Source of the DNA: a virus
Taxonomy: Duplodnaviria; Caudoviricetes
Length of the DNA stretch: 41,800 bases
Virus record (IMG/VR): IMGVR_UViG_3300030620_000015
Location: 1 to 41,800 of that record
Strand: one strand, 5' to 3'
In this document: in pieces, positions 16,901 to 26,300 of the stretch
Layout: each line of letters begins with the position of its first letter
How positions within the stretch are numbered: position 1 is the first letter of the stretch
Made by a program: the position numbers and the translations under genes
Notes under the pieces: model-generated
Told to the model about the DNA's origin: nothing
The model's database searches: none
The model's input: only the letters and a program-made list of their open reading frames with translations

Positions 16901-19466
16901 CCACGATGTCTCGACCCTCCTTGGTGCGGATCAGATTCTCGTGGAACTTGAAGTGCCCGAGCTCCTTACCCTTGATGAAGCCTCCCCGGATCTTCGTGCG
17001 GACCCGATCAGGGTCGCTGCCTCCGATCCGCTTGGCGGTGAACGGGATGCGCAGACCCTTGCCACCGTGCTGTCCTTCCATCGCGAGGAAGATGTCGCTC
17101 TGGCGCACACCCGGCTCTCCGGCCGGACGTGTGCCGGCCACTTCGCGATAGGGCGGCCAATCCCCCGACTCCGGCATGCCCTTCCGGACGCCCACGTCCT
17201 CGGAAGGACGAACTTCGAGGGCCTCCCCCCTCAACTCCCGGGGCTCCAGTCCAGCCTTCTCCCACGCCCGCCTGGCAGCAGGCTGCAGGTCCTGCGCTGT
17301 CGCGCCGCCATCGGGGAACTTGGCGGCCATCCTCTTCATGACCTCCGAGAACAGGCCCTTGCCCTGGTGCTCCGGGACGATGTCGGCGCTGAACGAGACG
17401 AACTGCTTGCCCTTCGGAGTATAGAAGCCGCGGCCGATCACGGCGCCCTTCTGGTCCCTGATGGTCCATTCGTGCGTCCAGGGCTGGTCGGTGGCCTCGG
17501 ATTGCCGGAACTCCAGGCTGGCCTCCCCAGCCTTCCCGATGGCTTCGACCTCGCCTGCCTCCCTCCTGGACTGCTCTTCGATGGTCCTGATCTTCCTGGT
17601 CGCCTCCATGCGCTCGGCTGAACCACGCTGCGGGTCGCGGGCGATCATCCCGAGGGATTCGATCTCCTCGGTTGTTTCACGTGGGGTCTCTCTGGCGACA
17701 GCCTCTGCGGTGTCTTCGGCCGCAAGGATCCTGTCGACCTCCCCCTGTGGGCTGCGGCTACTGAGCTCCTGGACGTCCAGGGATGCCTCGAACTCGGTCA
17801 GCTCCTTCCTGGCCGCCTCCCGGCCCGCAGGCGTCCTGGCCCTCCTGTAGACCTTGGATAGGAAGTCCAGCTCGCTCAGCTGCTCAGGGGTCATCCCGGT
17901 CTTCGAGATCGCCTCTGGGTCAGCCTCGCCCCGGACGGCCCGCTCCGCGAACTCCTGCCTGGCCATGCTCCGGCGGACCTGCTGGGACGCGGCGTCGGCG
18001 ATCAGCTGGTTTTCGCTGCTCAGAAACGGCCGGCCGCCGGTTGCCGCCTTGAAGAGCATGAAGCCGACCGCGTTCTTGGCGTAGGTCTCCCAGGTCTCCT
18101 CGTTCGGGTTCTGGATGAAGCCCCAGGCGCTGGGCAGTAGGTCAGGAGCATGCGCCTCCAGGGCGCCGAAGCCGACGCCCTCCATCGCTCCACCGACAAG
18201 CTGGGCGACACGGCGCGGCATCTTCGCTCGGTGCTCGGCGAACCACTCGGTGCGCTTACCCATCGCTCCAAGGGCCATCAGCACCGGAGCCATCGTCATG
18301 CCGTGCACGAACGATGCTCCGTAGCCATCGATGCGGCCGTAGGCCATCGTCTCAGCGACACCGTTGCCCACCGCGGCGCCCATGGCTCCGCTGATCGTCC
18401 GGATGACTTTCCGGCCGCGCTCGGACATCCCGACTGCGCCGGTCAGCCGAAGCGTGGCGAGGTTGGTCATCCCTCGCTCGACCAGCTCGCCGAAAGTCTT
18501 CTGGCCGACCTTCATCGCTGCTCCTGCAGGAGCGCCGAAGCCGAACCCCATGCCGATGATCCGCGAGCCGCCTAGGATGATCGTGTCGATGCCGTCGCGC
18601 TGAGCGACTTCCCACTCGCGTGCCGCGCGGAACTCGGCGACCTTCTGCTCGATGTTGTCTCCGGTGATCGCGGCTCCCATCATGACGAGGGTGTCCATGA
18701 ACGCCGGCGCTCGACCGCCGTTGTCGTAGAGCTTGCCGTCCGGTCCCTGCACGTAGTTGTAGGGGAACGAAGGACCGACGTCCGGACCGCCGAGAGCGAG
18801 GATGCCAGCACGCCCTAACTCGTAGACCCCATGGATGGTGTTCGTCCCGAAGTCCATCACGCCTTCGGCGGCTTCTGCTACCGCCATCCAGACCGTCCCT
18901 ACTGCTCCGAGTTCCGCGCGCTGTTCTCCCTCACGTAGGAAGCCTGCGGTCCCCTGTCCAGACTCGCGGTTGATCCACTGGCCGATGTGCTTCGTGCGAG
19001 GGTCAGTGAAGAAGTCGAACGACGGGTCGATCGCCTTGCCTTGCGCCTGGATCTTCGCAGCGATGCCCCGCATGTTCGCCAGCACGTTCGGATCGACGGT
19101 GACGGGCTGGCTCTGCTGCGCTTGCTCCAACCACTGCTGCTCGTTCGCGGCTCGTTTGATCTGCACCGCGGCGTTTTGCGTCTTGTATTGCTCGATGACC
19201 CCTTGCCAGAACTGACTCAACTCGCTCCAGCCGCTTTGCTCGTTCAAGAAGATCTGCTGGTTCATCTGGCGCGTGGACTGCTCCATGCGCCACACCTGAT
19301 CGGTGATGAACGTGTCGTCGAACTGCGGGGGGCCGAGGGGGTTCGGCTCCGAGATGACGTTCTGTCCCTGCATCCCTTGCAGGATGCGGCCCATCACAAG
19401 CCGCTCTTCGTCCATGCCGACTTCGAGCGGGTCGGGCACGGCCCCCGGCACCTCGAAGTCGCTCAC
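13905..19466 (-). CDS. Large polyvalent / internal virion (ejection) protein, 1853 aa: GNAT-like, HExxH peptidase and LPD38-like domains
   Basis: IVPEHQGKGLFSEVM (GNAT motif A); AAHEWSHAMH...ESWAE; WYQDLPDWRKVYYF...IPKPFEAG (LPD38-like). Lies after the ejection genes. Confidence 0.8.
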   Translation of the reverse strand: MSDFEVPGAVPDPLEVGMDEERLVMGRILQGMQGQNVISEPNPLGPPQFDDTFITDQVWRMEQSTRQMNQQIFLNEQSGWSELSQFWQGVIEQYKTQNAAVQIKRAANEQQWLEQAQQSQPVTVDPNVLANMRGIAAKIQAQGKAIDPSFDFFTDPRTKHIGQWINRESGQGTAGFLREGEQRAELGAVGTVWMAVAEAAEGVMDFGTNTIHGVYELGRAGILALGGPDVGPSFPYNYVQGPDGKLYDNGGRAPAFMDTLVMMGAAITGDNIEQKVAEFRAAREWEVAQRDGIDTIILGGSRIIGMGFGFGAPAGAAMKVGQKTFGELVERGMTNLATLRLTGAVGMSERGRKVIRTISGAMGAAVGNGVAETMAYGRIDGYGASFVHGMTMAPVLMALGAMGKRTEWFAEHRAKMPRRVAQLVGGAMEGVGFGALEAHAPDLLPSAWGFIQNPNEETWETYAKNAVGFMLFKAATGGRPFLSSENQLIADAASQQVRRSMARQEFAERAVRGEADPEAISKTGMTPEQLSELDFLSKVYRRARTPAGREAARKELTEFEASLDVQELSSRSPQGEVDRILAAEDTAEAVARETPRETTEEIESLGMIARDPQRGSAERMEATRKIRTIEEQSRREAGEVEAIGKAGEASLEFRQSEATDQPWTHEWTIRDQKGAVIGRGFYTPKGKQFVSFSADIVPEHQGKGLFSEVMKRMAAKFPDGGATAQDLQPAARRAWEKAGLEPRELRGEALEVRPSEDVGVRKGMPESGDWPPYREVAGTRPAGEPGVRQSDIFLAMEGQHGGKGLRIPFTAKRIGGSDPDRVRTKIRGGFIKGKELGHFKFHENLIRTKEGRDIVVAAHEWSHAMHRHMIGESGHGYLRAGLQQAREAVRQDSRIIDEMDAMLQRYGSGPAKMPLRMKWAESWAEWHARNLLGDPHLAAKYPSLSQWHTRFLAAAENAALRPQYLRIQQLIASYNAQGARGRVRMERVHQTDQPTAEEQRHKPGVVERLKTVLDKAWLDDMAEMKKSQDKWLEAVGRKPEDVDITSDPARLYDALRMTASKTAEHYILNGIRLPSGGKIPGMAEVLKDFTPEETADFLDHVTAVINMQRMKRGRKAMLPPSDYIETIRQTNTPKIRTAARALKKWTDALVDYVQQSGAIDVDTASRIKDAYVVYVPMFRVMEGPAAHGRGRGIAERGTGLHRAKGSQFEIQDPLRALQDTARSLIAKAHQHQVMTALYKMAAGHEVGGLATMVQPKNVPHEHSVKRVLELLQEKLGDAELDPMLEALQAADALNPQTITLFTQKTMPTDQKAMIAYTPRLTEREINGLTSQGAAAAALRRQNGKVVWMEVDTKVYEALMGIDKMPQLPESMQPVMKWLQAPRDVIRFFATGIQPAFTVANLVRDAMSQPMFDPQGRFRPFGGFARLWRGAKLYHEGGAIRDLYEELGVKTASFLNEGRARQLAGQHPGIMHGLKEWTDKAQRFLATPESYLRMDAFKEAYDQARARGSSETEARMLALEAGREITVNFARAGVYGRILNQIIPYFNAGLQGQRKLFGQLLQGGVDTKGEANKARVQRAAWLNGMANITVPAVFLWAMNKDEEWYQDLPDWRKVYYFNMKIGGQIISIPKPFEAGTIFGSLPEMMLDRMVGNDPAGLREIASSVMGPYFDVMPAFAKPLYEVWTNYSFFTGRDLTPDWILRSQKPQEQATFMTSESAKLMSRVMNGVLTPIEIEHLLGGYTAGTSTAVLRTLDEVTGAKDHPAFSPTGISMFRRFYSQQVHGQSRYVDELYGMRTDITQREDELSVREKSLKRRVDTAVRQLSDLRKAAREGRMSQEEANKRSYELARRIVERN

Positions 19467-20782
19467 CGCCTACCGAACCTCTCGCGCCAGTCCGGAGTGT
19501 CCACCGGAGGATGTCCTTCCCTGCTCTGCGCCGGCGACGCCCCGGCCGCACGCCTCCGCTCGATCTCTCCGACGGCTCCCTGCGTCGCCTGCCCGCCGGC
19601 CCCCGGCTCGGCGAAGTCCTCAGCGAACCTGCGACCCAGGCCTCCGCCGAAGAGTTGGCCGGTGACCGTCTGGTCGTCGGCTGCCTGCTGTTCCTCCGGA
19701 GAAGGGGGTGGGGGTTCGGTCGAAGGAACGAGGTCCTGCTGGCCCGTTGGGCCGGCAGGGGCGTTCCCCATGCCCATGAGGATCGCGGTGGCTGCGAGGG
19801 AGTTCACGAGCCGCATCTTCTGCTGCGAGTTCGTGATGAACTTCGATGCCATCTGGCCGAACAGCGGGTTGCTGCGCAGGAACGAGTTGATCTCATCGCG
19901 CTTGCTGTAGAACTGCTGGAACGGAACCGAAGTCTCGTCGACTTCGAGATGCTGCATGCTGCCCTTGCTGCGCACGACGGACTTGAGGGCCTCGCGCGCC
20001 ACCTGCGCACGAAGGAACTGCTGCACCCGAGGCGTCATCTCCTGCGCCTCGATGGCGCTCTTGAGTTCTGGGTCAGCGCTGGGGTCGTTGAGGATGGCGT
20101 CATGCATCTCACGCCAGTCCTCCTGATCTCCGCCGCTCTTGATGATCCTGTCGTAGCGCTTCTGGAAGCCGTTGGCGTGGCTCGCCAGCGACTTGGCGAT
20201 CTCCTGGTATGCCTTCTCGTCGCCGGCGGCGAGCTGCTTCTGTGCCGTCAAGCCAACCTGGTCGCGGTAGGCCTCGGCCTTCACTCGCTCGGTGATAGCC
20301 TTGTGAGCCTCCAGTTCCTGCCTGGCCGCCGTCTGCTGCCGCCTCTCCGCGTTAGGCCTCCATCGACCGCTGCCGGGATCCTGCTCCATCGGCTGCGCTC
20401 CCTGCAGGCGCAGACGGTTCTGAGCTTCGGTCTCCAGCGGGCCGACCTGCGGCTGGTCGGCGCCACGCTGCATCTCCTGGTCGAGCCTCGCCAGGCGGTC
20501 GCCGCCTGGTGTGCGATCGCCACCGCCGCCTGGCGTGTTCGGCTCGAACCCGGCCTCCGCCGCCCGGAGCTCGGTCTCCGAGCGGCGCTGTTCCATCTGT
20601 TCGCCGAACTGCTCATGCTCCTGGACGATCCCGCCGACCATCCCCGCGCGCTGGTCGGCTTGCTGGGCGCCAGCGCGATGCTGCGCCAGCACCTGGCTCC
20701 TTGCGTCCTGAACTGCAGCGTGGCCGGACGATGCGGCTCGCATCATCAGCTCGCTCTGCCTTGCTTTGTCTCCTCGTGCCAT
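19463..20782 (-). CDS. Putative ejection/internal virion protein (439 aa)
   Basis: Gln/Ala-rich helical composition, coupled TGATG start, podovirus synteny. Confidence 0.65.
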   Translation of the reverse strand: MARGDKARQSELMMRAASSGHAAVQDARSQVLAQHRAGAQQADQRAGMVGGIVQEHEQFGEQMEQRRSETELRAAEAGFEPNTPGGGGDRTPGGDRLARLDQEMQRGADQPQVGPLETEAQNRLRLQGAQPMEQDPGSGRWRPNAERRQQTAARQELEAHKAITERVKAEAYRDQVGLTAQKQLAAGDEKAYQEIAKSLASHANGFQKRYDRIIKSGGDQEDWREMHDAILNDPSADPELKSAIEAQEMTPRVQQFLRAQVAREALKSVVRSKGSMQHLEVDETSVPFQQFYSKRDEINSFLRSNPLFGQMASKFITNSQQKMRLVNSLAATAILMGMGNAPAGPTGQQDLVPSTEPPPPSPEEQQAADDQTVTGQLFGGGLGRRFAEDFAEPGAGGQATQGAVGEIERRRAAGASPAQSREGHPPVDTPDWRERFGRR

Positions 20783-21579
20783 CAGAACCATCCAGTGCTT
20801 CCAGCACTGCCTCCGGCCATGGTCGCCCCAGCGCCGATCGCCGCAACGTTGCCGGTGAAGATGCCGGCAACAGTCAGCCCGACCCCTGACAGGAACTGGC
20901 CGCGAGCCTGCCTGCGGGCCAGACGCTCAGCCCGGCTTTGCAGCTCCTGGGCGATCTCAAGCTGCTCTCTCTGGATGTAGTAGGAGAAGTCCGTCGCTTC
21001 GTAGGCCTGGTTCGGGTCGGTGTAGAGCGCAGCCAGGTCCTGATAGTAGCCGCTCGTCAGCGATGCCAGCGAGCCGGCACCGCGCGACTGAACCTGCCCG
21101 AGCCCGGTCTGCAGCGCCGCGATGCCCTTGCTGCGCTGCTGCTCGTTCTGCTGGCGGGAAATCGCCTGCCCGATGTAGTTCATCTTGGCCGCAGCCTCGC
21201 CCATGGTGAGCGATCCGCCGCTGGCGTCGGCCAGCTGCTGCGGGTCCATCAGGAAGTTGCCCTGAGCGTCGACGATGCGGCCCTGCCCGATCGGCAGGCC
21301 GTAGCGCTGAGCCAGGTTCCGGGCCAGCTGATCGAGGGAGCTCGACCCCATGGGCATGTCGCCCTGCAGCTCGTTCGTGCCACCGGCCTGCGCCTGGGCG
21401 AACTGCTGCTGCCTCGGGTCGAACCCGATACCGCTCAGACCTTGCACCGAGCCGTAGAGCGCGTTCAGCGACGACATCTGCTGCTGCAGGCCCGTCGGAG
21501 GGAGGCCTTGTTGCTGCTGTTGGCTGGCAGTCGCGACCTGCCCTTGCCCGGTCATCGGTGGGAGTGTGGAGCTGCTCAT
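20782..21579 (-). CDS. Putative ejection/pilot protein (265 aa)
   Basis: Gln-rich, with a Gly/Ala hydrophobic C-terminus; synteny. Confidence 0.65.
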   Translation of the reverse strand: MSSSTLPPMTGQGQVATASQQQQQGLPPTGLQQQMSSLNALYGSVQGLSGIGFDPRQQQFAQAQAGGTNELQGDMPMGSSSLDQLARNLAQRYGLPIGQGRIVDAQGNFLMDPQQLADASGGSLTMGEAAAKMNYIGQAISRQQNEQQRSKGIAALQTGLGQVQSRGAGSLASLTSGYYQDLAALYTDPNQAYEATDFSYYIQREQLEIAQELQSRAERLARRQARGQFLSGVGLTVAGIFTGNVAAIGAGATMAGGSAGSTGWF

Positions 21580-21791
21580 GGCGATTCCAGTGCGGCGATT
21601 CTAGCATCCAGGGCTGCAATCTCCTCGTTCAAGGCCGTCAGGTCAGCGCAGAGGGCGGCCAGCAGACGGGAGAGGTAGTTCTCGATCGCCTGCTCGTTGA
21701 TCTGGCTGCCGCTCGCCCCCTGCTCGGCGATCGGCTGCGGGGTGGACTCGTAGCGGAAGGGCTCGACGTCGCAGGTCGTGATTTCAGCCAT
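21576..21791 (-). CDS. Small coiled-coil virion protein (71 aa)
   Basis: MAEITTCDVE...LNEEIAALDARIAALE; coupled start. Confidence 0.65.
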   Translation of the reverse strand: MAEITTCDVEPFRYESTPQPIAEQGASGSQINEQAIENYLSRLLAALCADLTALNEEIAALDARIAALESP

Positions 21792-22198
21792 CAGATCATC
21801 TCCCACTCCATGACCAGGTCTGCCGCAAAAGCCACCTTGCCGGGGCCGTCGGCGACGATGTGGTAGGTGTCGCCGGCCTGGAACAGCGCATCGGCAGACC
21901 ACCGCTTCGAGGTCTTGGTCAGCGTGGTCGTCACCCCGAAGGTCGCGGTCGCGGTGTCCGATCCGGACTCGTTCTTGCGGATCCGGAGCGTCCAGTCTCC
22001 GGGGTTCGTGTCGCCCGCGGTCAGCGAGCAGATGAAGAGCCTGCCCAGCTTCGCGGCCCTCGGCAGCCCCGGGTTCACCGCTCCTGCTGCGCCCATCACG
22101 TTGCCTCCCAGGCTGAAAACGACCGAGGTCGCCGGGTTGGCTCCACTGAGGACCCAGAAGGCTACCTGGACCGTCTTCGGCTTGTAGAGCTCGATCAC
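21791..22198 (-). CDS. Beta-rich tail-associated protein (135 aa)
   Basis: Coupled GTG start within the tail module. Confidence 0.65.
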   Translation of the reverse strand: MIELYKPKTVQVAFWVLSGANPATSVVFSLGGNVMGAAGAVNPGLPRAAKLGRLFICSLTAGDTNPGDWTLRIRKNESGSDTATATFGVTTTLTKTSKRWSADALFQAGDTYHIVADGPGKVAFAADLVMEWEMI

Positions 22199-23328
22199 GT
22201 CAGTCGCTCCACCCGCCCGAAGGCGTTGACCACACTGCCCGTGGTCGCGTAGGCGGTGACGGTGTCAGTCGCCGCGCCACCGAGCACGGCGCCATCGACC
22301 GCCATGACCGTCTCGTTGGCCGGGACGATCACGTCGATCTCGTTGCCCACCCCGGTCGTCCCGAACTCGATCGTTACGGTGACGGCGGCGCTGCCCGTGT
22401 TGGCCAGCCAGATGTAGATGCGATCGATGGATCCAGCCGTCGTGGTGGCCGTGTGGATCGTGGTGCCGGTCGATGCGGTGGCGGTGATCTGGATTGGACG
22501 GCCGCGAGTGCTGCCGCTTAGGGCGATGGTTTCCACTACGTCTCCTGGATTGGAGTCACGGATCCATAGCGCACCATCCTCATCGACGTGCATGAGGCCG
22601 TAGCTGCCGGGGCTCTCCTGGCTGGATCCGAGTGGATCGGTGCACTTCACGATCGCCGGGACGCCGAGAACACCGGTCAGGATCGTGTCGAGAGTGGAGA
22701 CGATATCCAGTATCTTGCTGATGTCATTTCCGCTCCTGACCAGGCCGCTAGTTCTGAGGTAACCAAACTCGTCCGTGATGGGTGGGATGTAGTCACCATT
22801 ACCAGCCAGCACGTTGACGAGGCTTGGGTTGTCGTGCCGGACAGCCAGCGCCATCACCCCGGTGGATCCGCTGTTGTGGACAGAGTCCTCCGACTTGCCG
22901 AGCTGGGTGTTTCCTGTCCCTGGGACCACTCCAGCCGTGATGGACGACACAGTGACAGTCCCGGCGACCGGAACTGAGAGGTTCGTGATGAGGATCGGAA
23001 CGGGGTTGAGGAAGGCAACATCAGCGTCGCCGACCTGGATGTTGGAGTTGCAGTTGAGGTTGTCGTGGGTTGCCTGTGCGGCCGTGACGGTTCCGCCCAC
23101 GACCCATGGAGACGTGCCCTGGTCTACCGTGATCGGATCGTTCTCGATCGACACCGGCAGCACGCCCGGCGTGCTGGCCGCGACCGCCACACCAGCGACC
23201 GCGGTAACGTCGACGCTTCCGCCGCCGCCGCCGCCAGTGCTGCTGACCAGCAGCCGCCCATTCACGACCCTGGCCAGCTCAGCCATGTCGTCCCGATCAG
23301 CGATCCTGACTTTTCCTCCGCCAGCCAT
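22195..23328 (-). CDS. Tail fibre/appendage-like protein (377 aa)
   Basis: Thr/Val/Gly-rich; poly-Gly linker; GKSEDSVHNSGSTGVMALAVR segment. Confidence 0.65.
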   Translation of the reverse strand: MAGGGKVRIADRDDMAELARVVNGRLLVSSTGGGGGGSVDVTAVAGVAVAASTPGVLPVSIENDPITVDQGTSPWVVGGTVTAAQATHDNLNCNSNIQVGDADVAFLNPVPILITNLSVPVAGTVTVSSITAGVVPGTGNTQLGKSEDSVHNSGSTGVMALAVRHDNPSLVNVLAGNGDYIPPITDEFGYLRTSGLVRSGNDISKILDIVSTLDTILTGVLGVPAIVKCTDPLGSSQESPGSYGLMHVDEDGALWIRDSNPGDVVETIALSGSTRGRPIQITATASTGTTIHTATTTAGSIDRIYIWLANTGSAAVTVTIEFGTTGVGNEIDVIVPANETVMAVDGAVLGGAATDTVTAYATTGSVVNAFGRVERLT

Positions 23329-26300
23329 TACTTGCTCGATCTCGGCGTCGTCGCCAAAAGGTGGTTGATGATCCGAACCGGTTCCTCCGGAGCGAAGTTT
23401 CGCATCCGGATCCCCTGGTAGAAGTGCACCAGTCTGCCGACCGGCTTCACCTGCCGGCCCTTCTCGTAGTCCATGCGGAAGATCCGGCCGTCGCCCGTCG
23501 ACCCAGTCACCGGGTCGACAACGGTGTCGGCCTCTGGGTCCTCCGAAGCGAAGTCGGGCAGCAGATCGATGCGGACCTTGCTCGCGAAGTCCTCGATCTC
23601 ATGCACGACGATCTGGCGCCAGTCGCGCTTCGAGAAGTCGTCCGACCCGTAGTTCTGCGGCTTGAACAGCAGATCCATCTCGATCGCGCCGAGCATGTAT
23701 TCGAACTCGATGCCGCCGCTGGCGTCGAACGGGGTGTCTGGCCCCCATTGCGGCGTCACGAAGAGTCGCGTGTTCGTTGCCGCGTAGACGGTTCGCACCG
23801 TCCACGGGTCGTCGTAGGCCGCATCCTTACGCCTCGTGTAGACGCAGCTGCCGCCAAGACCGACGTTCCCACCAGCCAGAGAACCGCTGAGGCCAGCAAC
23901 ACCCGAGAGGTTGGCGAGTCCTGGAATGCCGCCGGCGATGAAAGAAGCACTATCGTCGTCCAGGAAGCTAGCCCCGCTCTCCGACTCGACGCCCGCATTC
24001 GATACGTCTCCTCTGACTGTTCCGGTGGCGTTCGGGAATCCGACTCCGTCGGTATCCCCCACGTCGTAGATCCAGACGAACCCGTTGGTGTCGCCGAGAT
24101 AGACACGCTCGTTCCCTTCGCTGTCCTTGCCGACGACCATCGACAGGAACTCCTGGCAGAACTTGAGCAGGGTGATGTTCCTGAGCTTCACGTCCCACAC
24201 GATCATGAGGTTGCAGCCCCTGTTCGTGTTGACCGTCGGCACCAGAAGCAGATACTGCTCCCTCGAAGGGTAGAAGACACCGACTGCCTCGATCACACGC
24301 CCGTTGCGGTCCCTGCGGATGTAGTTCGGGTTCTCCGGATCGACGAAGATGTCATTCATCGCCTGGCTCTCCGGCACGTGTTGAACAGTGCGCCCGTCGT
24401 AGATCGCGAGTCCGCGGTCTGCGAGCCAGACGCTTCCCGACTCGACCTGAGCGAACGTCCTCGGACCGATGCAGCCGATGTCAGAGCTGATCCTCGACGG
24501 CACAATGACTTCCTGCCCTGGGTTCACACGGAAGCGCAGCACGTAGCTCTTGCGCCTCTTGCAGACCACCAGGCTATCGAAGTTGCTCACCGCCCCCATG
24601 AGGCGGTCGCCATCTCCAGGTTCGACGTCGAGGAAGTTCGCAGCCGGCCAGCACTCCGGCTCCAGCGGCTCCGAATACCAGATGCGATTCGGGTGCCCGC
24701 AGATGATGTAGTCGAGCCCCGTGTCGGTCTCTCCCTCATACTCCTCGGTGAGCTTGAGTCTGGCGATCCCCGGCGAGTTCCCTTCCTCCGGAGGAAGGAT
24801 GCGCAAGATTTCGTAGGAGCGGCAGTCGGCCCCGACCTGGATCTTCTTGCCTTCCAGGCATCGGCTCCACAGCACGTTCCCGTCGCCGGTGACGATGTCG
24901 CTACCGTTGACCACGCTGACGGTTCCTTCCGGCGCGAGGTTTGGAATGTCGCCCAGCATGAACAGGCGATTGCGGAAGTCGACGACCACCGGGGCGCATG
25001 GCGGCGGAGCGTTGAAGATCGACAGGCCGTCGTTGATGAAGTCCAGTGCGTCGTCGGACAGGTCGTCGACGAACGTGCCCGTCTCGTCGGGATCGAAGCA
25101 GCCGACCTTCGCCATGACCGGGAAGTCCCCCGCCTCGATGGTGCGGTAGAGGCAGATCTCGCAGATCTGCGCATCAGCCGGGATTCGGACCCCAGCGAAG
25201 CTGAACGTCACGCTCGCTGCCGGAGCTTGCCCTGTCGTATCGACGACGATGTCTTCCAGGTTCGGGTCGCTCTCCTTACCGGTGCAGCAGTTGCGGAACG
25301 TGTAGCGGTATCGGTATGTGCCCAGATCCAGTCCGCCATCCGGAGACGATGCAGCATCGTTGGCCTGGGTCGTCGGAACTTCCCCTTCGAACGGAGTCGG
25401 GACGCCAGCATCCTCCACTTCGCCAGCAGTGCCTTCCGCGGCCGGATTGAACTTCTGCGGGATCGTCGAGCCATTGGTGATGATGAGTAGTGGCGGGTCT
25501 CCAAGCCCCGCACTGGTTGCCGCGCACCCCTCCGCGTCGAACGACCCCAGGTCGAACACCGGGCCGAGAGGCAGGACCTCGGTGTTGGGGACGTCCAGAA
25601 CGAACGCCAGATTGATCCGCCCAGGGACGTCGTCCGTCCCGCCGAGCCACGACGCTCCACCGAACCGGCATGTCAGCTTCCGCCTGCCCGCCAGGTTCAG
25701 CGGGTTGTTGCTGAGGATCTCGGAGTCCACTCCCTTGAGCGCCACCACGGCATCGGGCGTGGACGACACGTCCGGAGTGATGATCGCGTTGAACGCCGAT
25801 CCGTCTACCGGGTCGCCAAGGATCGCGTTGATGTTGACGTTCTCCGACGTGTCGTTCGCGTCCGTCACGTGCAGCAGGGCACCTTGCACCCTGGCGGAGA
25901 TGACCCTGCTGCCAGGAAAGTCTTCGAACCAAATCGGATCGAACAGGCTGGACCCCTTATTGAATGCGTCCGGTGGCGGCGGCGCCGGCTGGATGCCGTT
26001 CGTTGTGACGCCGGCTGCCAGCAGTGGAACGGGGCCGCTGTCGAAGAACGCGGTGTGGCGATTGAATCCGCGATGAGTGATCTCCCACCAGCCCCACGGA
26101 ATGTCCTGGTTGGATCCAGTCTCGGACTGGAACTGCAAGTCGTATACGGCCCCGTCTTCGAGGAGAGTCGAAAGGTCTGGCGATCTGGTGTAGACGACAA
26201 CCGGGTTCGTGGTCTGCGCGTTGTATTGCTGGGTGAAGATCACGGTCTCTGCCGATCCATCGATCGTTCGCTTCACGACTCGAACGCTGTAGTTCGCCTT

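Noticed and set aside
14784-25490. Long + strand ORFs (14784-16316, 19511-20980, 23361-25490)
   Set aside because: Antisense shadows of high-GC3 structural genes, without RBS or motifs.
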